In this document: positions 58,335 through 64,000 of the stretch, piece by piece | Layout of the letters: the number at the start of each line of letters is the position of its first letter | Position numbering within the stretch: the first letter of the stretch is position 1 | NCBI GenBank assembly: GCA_013815345.1 | Contig: JACDGK010000001.1 | Coordinates: 102,434 to 166,433, forward strand | Direction of reading: 5' to 3' | Source: Patescibacteria group bacterium | Lineage (GTDB): Bacteria > Patescibacteriota > Minisyncoccia > Phycocordibacterales > Phycocordibacteraceae | DNA length: 64,000 nt | The notes under the pieces: model-generated | The model's input: only the letters and a program-made list of their open reading frames with translations | Database searches by the model: none | Told to the model about the DNA's origin: nothing | Position numbers and translations under genes: made by a program

Positions 58335-58892
58335 ATGAAACGACTTCTGCAGTCATGGTTTGTTGGTGACGCTGTTGCGCTCGCGCCAAAGTTACTCGGC
58401 AAAATTATAAAGTATCGCGACTGTTCCGGTATCATCGTGGAAACTGAAGCATATACAACTGACCCTGCTTCGCACGGCTACCGCATTACGCCGAGAAGTC
58501 AGATCATGCGCGACACGTACGGAAAGTGGTATGTGTATTTCACCTATGGGATGCATTTCTGTGCGAACATAACGACCAACAAGGGTGGTATCGGTGCAGT
58601 GCTTATCCGTGCGGTCGAGCCGCTCGTTGGAACAGAAAAAATGGAAGAGCGACGCGGTATTTTTGAGGTGCAGAATCTCACGAACGGACCTGCAAAATTT
58701 TGTAAAGCATTCGGCATCACAAAAGCTGAAAATGGGCTACCGATCGCGGGTGATTTTTCGATCTATGATGCTCCAGAGCTTTCTGCTCAGGAAATAGGTA
58801 TTTCATCCAGGATCGGCATCAGCCAGGGAATCGATCTTCCGTGGCGTTTTTACATAAAGGGAAACCCGTTCGTAAGCCGCAAATCAAATTGA
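58335..58892 (+). CDS. DNA-3-methyladenine glycosylase (Mpg/AAG family)
   Basis: MPG-family conserved blocks (ETEAY, FTYGMHFC). The start is taken at an internal Met. Confidence 0.8.
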   Translation: MKRLLQSWFVGDAVALAPKLLGKIIKYRDCSGIIVETEAYTTDPASHGYRITPRSQIMRDTYGKWYVYFTYGMHFCANITTNKGGIGAVLIRAVEPLVGTEKMEERRGIFEVQNLTNGPAKFCKAFGITKAENGLPIAGDFSIYDAPELSAQEIGISSRIGISQGIDLPWRFYIKGNPFVSRKSN

Positions 58893-58899
58893 AATAAAT

Positions 58900-59160
58900 T
58901 TATCCGTACAATTCACTATGCGTACCAATGAGAGCAAAAATAATAATCGACTCATCTTGAAGAAAATACAATGCTCGTACGTCCCCGTTGACGTTGATAC
59001 TCCAGTATCCCCCATACCTACCTTTGAGTGGATGATTTCTTAATTGGGGACTTGCTGGATCCACAAGAAAAAGTTTTAGCTTTTCAATAAATTGTCTTTG
59101 AAATTTTTTAGAGAGCTTCTTATATTGCTTTTTAAAGTTGGGATGATACTCGACCTCCAT
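58900..59160 (-). CDS. YafQ/RelE-family toxin
   Basis: 86 aa with a RelE/YafQ-type C-terminus. Confidence 0.7.
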   Translation of the reverse strand: MEVEYHPNFKKQYKKLSKKFQRQFIEKLKLFLVDPASPQLRNHPLKGRYGGYWSINVNGDVRALYFLQDESIIIFALIGTHSELYG

Positions 59161-59166
59161 ATCAAG

Positions 59167-59436
59167 CTATGTATTAAGGTCCGCTATAAAATCATCAGCA
59201 TTCGTAAACCCTTTGCTGACCTTTCCACTCCTGATATCGGCGTCAATTTCCGCAATAAGTGCTTCAAGTTTTGGAGTCATCTGCTCAGGGGCATAAAGCT
59301 CAATACGCCTTGTCGCGACAATTTGTCGCAGATACGCATTCACAAGGGTGCTTAGAGAGATACCAGCACTTTCTGCAACCTCTTGTGCTGATTCCTTAAC
59401 ATCTTTGTCGATTCGTACGCTTATGACAGTATTCAT
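59167..59436 (-). CDS. DinJ/RelB-family antitoxin
   Basis: Ribbon-helix-helix region VISVRIDKDVKESAQEVAESAGISLSTLVNAYLRQI. Confidence 0.7.
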   Translation of the reverse strand: MNTVISVRIDKDVKESAQEVAESAGISLSTLVNAYLRQIVATRRIELYAPEQMTPKLEALIAEIDADIRSGKVSKGFTNADDFIADLNT

Positions 59437-59524
59437 ACTACAAAGTATATACATTGTAACCATAGTGTCAATCTCTTTTTGTGTAGCAAGAGAGCCATAT
59501 TTGTGCTATAGTGGCCTTTCATTC

Positions 59525-60115
59525 ATTGCTTTGAGTACCCTCGAAAAGACGCGAATAAATAAGGAGATACGCGCAGCGGAGCTGCGCGTCATCGGTGCAC
59601 AGGGTGAAAACCTTGGGCTGCTTTCTTTTGCTGATGCCCTCAAGGCTGCCCAAGACGCTGGATTGGACCTTATAGAAATATCGCCAAACGCCGTACCGCC
59701 AGTTGCGAAAATCATGGATTATGGTAAATATGAATACGAGCGAAGCAAGAAAGAAAGCGCCGCCCGAGCGAAAGCCAAGGTCTCCGAAACCAAGGAAGTC
59801 CAGATAAAAGTCGGTACGGGAGAGAACGATATGCGCCTCAAGGCCAAAAAGGCAGCCGAATGGCTCGCTGAAGGGCACCGAGTGCGTATGGAACTTTTCC
59901 TTAAGGGTCGGTATAAAGGCATGGAGGAAGCATTTCTCAAAACCCGCCTCGAGAAATTCATGCTCCTCATCCCCCATGCCTACAAAATAGCTGAACCGGT
60001 CGCCCGTGCACCAAAAGGATTCGCCGCGATCATCGAACGCGACACGAAAGTCGTCACTCCAAAAGACAGTTCGACAAAAAACACTGAGGCACCAAAAGAA
60101 AACCATGAAAACTAA
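59525..60115 (+). CDS. infC: translation initiation factor IF-3
   Basis: N and C domains: INKEIRAAELRVIG...LDLIEISPNAVPPVAKIMDYGK. The track start at 59348 overlaps the antitoxin, and IF-3 homology begins at about 59525. The candidate start is an AUU at 59525 or a TTG at 59531. Confidence 0.85.
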   Translation: MALSTLEKTRINKEIRAAELRVIGAQGENLGLLSFADALKAAQDAGLDLIEISPNAVPPVAKIMDYGKYEYERSKKESAARAKAKVSETKEVQIKVGTGENDMRLKAKKAAEWLAEGHRVRMELFLKGRYKGMEEAFLKTRLEKFMLLIPHAYKIAEPVARAPKGFAAIIERDTKVVTPKDSSTKNTEAPKENHEN

Positions 60116-60311
60116 CAAAGCATTCACCAAGCGCATTAAAGTTACCCGCAATGGGAAGCTTGTTTCGCGCAAGCCAGGACAGGACCATTACAATGCCCTG
60201 GAATCTGGTCGTGAGAAGGGTCACAAGGGCGGTACGCAGAATCTCACCATCACGAGCCGTAGTCGTCGACGTTTTCTTCCTGGTCATGGAGGAAAAACGC
60301 TGAACGCATAA
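60105..60311 (+). CDS. rpmI: 50S ribosomal protein L35
   Basis: MKTNKAFTKRIKVTRNGKL...R...HG. 68 aa from the internal Met. Overlaps the infC 3' end. Confidence 0.85.
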   Translation: MKTNKAFTKRIKVTRNGKLVSRKPGQDHYNALESGREKGHKGGTQNLTITSRSRRRFLPGHGGKTLNA

Positions 60312-60351
60312 TTTTAATACTGTTTAATCCTAGCCATTTAATTTACCTGGT

Positions 60352-60702
60352 ATGTCACGAGTCAAAGGAGGAGTCATCTCACTAAAGCGACGCCGCAACG
60401 TGCTCAAGCGCGCGAAGGGATATCGTCATGGCCGCAGCACCAAGGAACGCGCAGCGAAAGAATCTCTCGTACATGCAGGACAAAATTCCTTTGCCCATCG
60501 CAAAGACAACAAAAGCAATTACCGCAGCCTCTGGATCGTGCGGCTCAACGCCGCTATCCGCGAGAACGGCTTCAAGTCATACAGCACTTTCATCGCCAAC
60601 ATGAAGAAACAGAATATCGAACTCGACCGCAAAGTACTCTCCGAGTTCGCTCAGAAAGAACCAGAAGTATTCACGCGAATTGCGAAACAAGTAGAAGCGT
60701 AG
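60352..60702 (+). CDS. rplT: 50S ribosomal protein L20
   Basis: MSRVKGGV...RRRNVLKRAKGYRHGR. Confidence 0.95.
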   Translation: MSRVKGGVISLKRRRNVLKRAKGYRHGRSTKERAAKESLVHAGQNSFAHRKDNKSNYRSLWIVRLNAAIRENGFKSYSTFIANMKKQNIELDRKVLSEFAQKEPEVFTRIAKQVEA

Positions 60703-60811
60703 CAAACAAAATAAGAAATAATTCATATTCTTTCCAGGTTTTCTTGATCTAGTCTTTTATATACTTCGTTTACTTGACCAATTATTCAACTAAGAAGATA
60801 CTGTCATAACT

Positions 60812-61225
60812 ATGATCACTTTGGAGCAACTTGATGCGACGCTCGATAAGAAATTAGGGCAACTGAGTTTGACTTTCGATAGCAAATTAGGAAATCTTGA
60901 GAAGAAATTTGAGCTAATGGGTGAAACTCTTGACGCGAGATTTGGGTCAATTGATGCAAGATTTGAGTTAATGAGTGAGACTTTCGACAAGAAGTTGGTG
61001 AAACTTAATGAGAAGCTTGATACAAAATTTGCAGAACAGTATGATGACCTCGCCGGAATGATGGCTCGAGGTTTGACTGAGTTACGCAACGAATTTAAAG
61101 AAGACTTAACTGCCACAACAAATAAATGGGAGTTGATGCTCGATACCCATATTGATGCGTTTCGTAAGGACTATAATGAGCTTGCGCCGCGGGTGAAGAA
61201 TCTTGAGCTCGCTATCAAATTCTAG
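60812..61225 (+). CDS. coiled-coil repeat protein (hypothetical)
   Basis: Repeating 11-mers of the form LDxKFExLxET. Confidence 0.5.
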   Translation: MITLEQLDATLDKKLGQLSLTFDSKLGNLEKKFELMGETLDARFGSIDARFELMSETFDKKLVKLNEKLDTKFAEQYDDLAGMMARGLTELRNEFKEDLTATTNKWELMLDTHIDAFRKDYNELAPRVKNLELAIKF

Positions 61226-62612
61226 CTATCTTCTCCTTTGTTATTTCGAAACTATCACCTTGGATGGGGACGATGGCATTGGCACCAAGATAGTCGTGGA
61301 TGCGCTGGGCGAGGAAACGGGCAGCGGAGGGCTCGCCGAGGGCCACGAAGAAGTTTTTGGTGCGACCGTCTGATTGCGGGAGTGCCGCTTCCGCAAATTT
61401 CAAAAGTTCATCCCTGTCGGCGTGAGCTGACCACCCCACAAAGGTCTCTATTTTGGCCCGTACGCGTACGTCCTCTCCACCGAGACGTACATGGGGCGAA
61501 CCGTCCTGGAGCAAGCGTCCTGGGCTTCCTGGTGCTTGATATCCCACAATGATAAGCGTGGTAGAAGGGTCGGGGAGATACTTCTGCTCCCAGCGGCCGA
61601 TACGGCCGCCATGACTCATACCAGCGCCAGCCATAATGATCTTCGGATTTGGTGCCTCAAGGATCTTCGAAGAATCCTGCCGTGAGGGAGTCATCGTGAG
61701 AAATGGAAATTTGAAAAGGTCGTGTCGCTGCCGTAGCTCGTCTTCTGCTTCTTTTTTAAAATATTCTCTTCCCCACTTTTCATAGACTTCTGTTGCATTG
61801 ATAGCAAGGGGAGAATCGAGAAATACAGGAATATGCGGAAGCTCGCCTGACTCCATCAGTTTTGAAAATTCATACAGCATGAGCTGTGTGCGCTCTATCG
61901 AAAATGCAGGAATGAGAATGACGCCACCTCGTGCTACCGCACGCTTGATCGTGTCGCGCAAAAGCACGACACGATTCCCTTTGTCCATATTTACGCGGTC
62001 GCCGTACACACTTTCCATGAGCACGGCGTCTGCGTCCGGAATCGGTTCCCAATCCGGAAGATACGGCGACGGTGAGTTACCGATATCACCAGTGAGTGCC
62101 AGCGTCGTGCCATCTTCATCTTTCACCCGCACGCTCGCTGATCCGAGAATGTGGCCGGTGTTACGCAGATACACTGAAAGTCCCGGAGCAACTTCTCTTT
62201 CTTCGTGATAGTTCACGAGCTGCACAAGCGACATGAGCTTGGTGACGTCTTCATCAGTATAAAGAAGCGGAAGTCCGTGCTGACGCGACGTTTCGGCAAG
62301 AATGTCAACGGTATCACGCAACATGAGTTCCATGAGATCTTTTGTCGGCGGCGTGACAAAGACCTGTCCTTTAAACCCTTCTTTTACCAACTTCGGTGCA
62401 CGACCGATGTGATCAAGATGCGCGTGCGTGATGACGAGAGCGTCGATCGAAGGCACGTCATAGGGAAAAGGCGCATACATATCTTTCTCAACGAAATCCC
62501 TTCCTTGTTCTAAACCACAATCTATAAGAATCTTTCCACGAGTTCCCTCGACCATGAAGTTTGAACCCGTGACCGTTTCCGCGCCACCGTAGCAGGTGAG
62601 TTTTAATGCCAT
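61215..62612 (-). CDS. MBL-fold metallo-hydrolase of the beta-CASP ribonuclease family
   Basis: HxHxDH motif ITHAHLDHIG plus downstream D and H ligands and a beta-CASP insertion. 465 aa. Confidence 0.8.
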   Translation of the reverse strand: MALKLTCYGGAETVTGSNFMVEGTRGKILIDCGLEQGRDFVEKDMYAPFPYDVPSIDALVITHAHLDHIGRAPKLVKEGFKGQVFVTPPTKDLMELMLRDTVDILAETSRQHGLPLLYTDEDVTKLMSLVQLVNYHEEREVAPGLSVYLRNTGHILGSASVRVKDEDGTTLALTGDIGNSPSPYLPDWEPIPDADAVLMESVYGDRVNMDKGNRVVLLRDTIKRAVARGGVILIPAFSIERTQLMLYEFSKLMESGELPHIPVFLDSPLAINATEVYEKWGREYFKKEAEDELRQRHDLFKFPFLTMTPSRQDSSKILEAPNPKIIMAGAGMSHGGRIGRWEQKYLPDPSTTLIIVGYQAPGSPGRLLQDGSPHVRLGGEDVRVRAKIETFVGWSAHADRDELLKFAEAALPQSDGRTKNFFVALGEPSAARFLAQRIHDYLGANAIVPIQGDSFEITKEKIARI

Positions 62613-62625
62613 GTGAAAACTTTAG

Positions 62626-62661
62626 CACAATAAAACCCAGCCGAAGCTGGGTTTTATTGTG
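62626..62661. terminator. palindromic terminator downstream of ndk
   Basis: CACAATAAAACCCAGC-CGAA-GCTGGGTTTTATTGTG: a perfect 16-bp stem. Confidence 0.6.
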
Positions 62662-62811
62662 GAACCATCCGCAATGTGGCAACTTTTAAATGCCACGTGG
62701 GTGTCCGCACCGCGCTCATCGTTCCCGAAGGACACCAGAACACGTAGATATAAGACTCCCGAGATATATGCAAGTTGCGTTTTTAACGGATGGCTCCGTA
62801 TTGATTATGAG

Positions 62812-63426
62812 CTAGTCGAGAATGCCGTCAAGGTTCGCATCGTAGATGATTTGCTCGTTCACGAGACGATAATCAATAATCTCACTTGGGATAAACCAGT
62901 GCTTGATTTCCATATCTGCTTCCTCGGGAGAACCGGAAGCATGTATGACGTTACGGACGGCTCGATTATCAGTATCGGACATCTGGTATGAATCGAGAAC
63001 GTAATCACCGCGAATCGTCCCGACGTCAGAGGTAAGGGGCTCGGTACCGCCAGTGAGCTTGCGAACAATCTTTACTGCGTGCGCTCCTTGCCACACCATC
63101 ATTACCACAGGACCTGCAGTCATATAAGTCTTGAGATTCGCGAGAATAACGGCTGTGATCTCAAGGGGATCTTCCGAGGGAGGGGTCATCCCTTTCTTTT
63201 TGTAGCTCTCGATCGTCTTCTCGCCGGTAACGGTCCGCCAATTCGGATCGAGTGTGTAATGCTGCTCAATTTTCTCAGGAGTTGGTACGCCAATCTTAAC
63301 TCCTACAAGTTTTAGGCCAACATTTTCGTATCGTTTAATCACTTCTCCGATGAGGCCGCGCTGCACTCCGTCGGGCTTTATCATGACCAGTGTGCGCTCA
63401 GTGCTTGGATGCGGTGTTGTTGCCAT
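62812..63426 (-). CDS. ndk: nucleoside-diphosphate kinase (with an insertion)
   Basis: ERTLVMIKPDGVQRGLIGEVI and NVIHASGS (the NxxHxSD active-site histidine). Confidence 0.85.
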   Translation of the reverse strand: MATTPHPSTERTLVMIKPDGVQRGLIGEVIKRYENVGLKLVGVKIGVPTPEKIEQHYTLDPNWRTVTGEKTIESYKKKGMTPPSEDPLEITAVILANLKTYMTAGPVVMMVWQGAHAVKIVRKLTGGTEPLTSDVGTIRGDYVLDSYQMSDTDNRAVRNVIHASGSPEEADMEIKHWFIPSEIIDYRLVNEQIIYDANLDGILD

Positions 63427-63501
63427 AGATGATTGTTTTAAAAGTAAAAATCGCCAAGGGCGTTTGTATAAAAGAAGTATAGACGAAATCGAACCTAAAC
63501 G

Positions 63502-64000
63502 CTACTCATGCGGGCGACGCGTCAAAACGATAGTTTTATTTTTCTCAACGAGAATGGTGTGCTCAAAATGCGCCGACATCGAGCCGTCTTTGCTTTTATA
63601 GGTAAAGCCATCGGGTGCTACAAAAACGCTTGCCTTGCCTGCATTTGCTATCGGTTCAAGTGCGAGCACCATTCCTTCGACTATTTCAGGACCCATTCCC
63701 GGATGCCCTACGTTCGGAATGAATGGTTCCTCGTGCACAGAATTTCCCACACCATGACCGCCGAGAACTTTTACGATCGAGAAACCACTGCCTTTAAAGG
63801 TTTCTTCGACAGCATGCGAAATATCCCCGACCCGCGCGCCAGGGCGCGCGACCGCTATCGCTTCCTCAAGTGATTCTTGCGTAACATTCAGAAGTTCTTG
63901 AACTTCCTTTGCTATCTTTCCTACCGGCACCGTGAGTGCAGAATCCATTACATATCCGTCATGGATAAGTCCGAGATCGAGACTCACGATATCGCCTTCT
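63502..64000 (-). CDS. map: type I methionine aminopeptidase, C-terminal part; the gene continues past the window end
   Basis: GHGVG, EGMVLALEP and HFEHTILV metal-ligand motifs. The frame continues upstream of the annotated Met (..EGDIVSLDLG..). Confidence 0.85.
   Translation of the reverse strand, partial: EGDIVSLDLGLIHDGYVMDSALTVPVGKIAKEVQELLNVTQESLEEAIAVARPGARVGDISHAVEETFKGSGFSIVKVLGGHGVGNSVHEEPFIPNVGHPGMGPEIVEGMVLALEPIANAGKASVFVAPDGFTYKSKDGSMSAHFEHTILVEKNKTIVLTRRPHE

Noticed and set aside
59519-60172. 217-aa minus-strand ORF
   Set aside because: It is antisense to infC and rpmI, which carry clear homology.

Overview
This 64-kb window reads like part of a small, streamlined bacterial genome, possibly Patescibacteria/CPR-like. 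The hints are an archaeal-type SAM synthetase, a complete single-direction type IV pilus (T4P) locus with a ComFC gene beside it, three NUDIX paralogs, and no rRNA genes, CRISPR array or prophage. Core genes I can support are purA (partial, runs off the 5' edge), guaB, purM, gatC-gatA, ligA, recG, ftsH, smpB followed by a tmRNA, purK, infC-rpmI-rplT, ndk and map (partial, runs off the 3' edge). A 12-kb T4P locus sits at 21.5-33.9 kb (pilM-N-O-B-REC-T-C-pilA-pilin-pilD plus four pseudopilins). There are four sensor histidine kinases with partners and three type II toxin-antitoxin pairs (HicB-HicA, Phd-RelE/ParE, DinJ-YafQ). RNA genes are tRNA-Ser(GCU), a tRNA with a CAU anticodon, an unusual tRNA-Ile with a UAU anticodon, and the tmRNA. 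The accessory/mobile content is the most interesting part. (1) A 1.7-kb cassette at the 3' end of tRNA-Ser encodes only a large serine recombinase and is bounded by 131-bp imperfect inverted repeats. (2) Right next to it is an AT-rich type II restriction-modification module (C-protein, HNH nuclease, m5C methyltransferase). A gene for a bare S24 peptidase (UmuD'-like) sits just upstream of the methyltransferase. (3) A low-GC 4.5-kb islet lies between two direct copies of a tRNA 3' end. It carries a sulfotransferase, a nucleoside deaminase, a deoxyribonucleotidase-like protein, a histidine phosphatase and an archaeal-type methionine adenosyltransferase. This is my best candidate for an undescribed nucleotide-modifying or nucleotide-depleting system. 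(4) A membrane-anchored HEPN-motif protein with a small coiled-coil partner. (5) A gene cluster made of an HTH-PAS histidine kinase, a receiver (REC) protein and a HisKA-only protein; the receiver and HisKA genes are separated by an in-frame TAG. Everything here is inferred by eye from motifs and ORF structure; no database searches were run.
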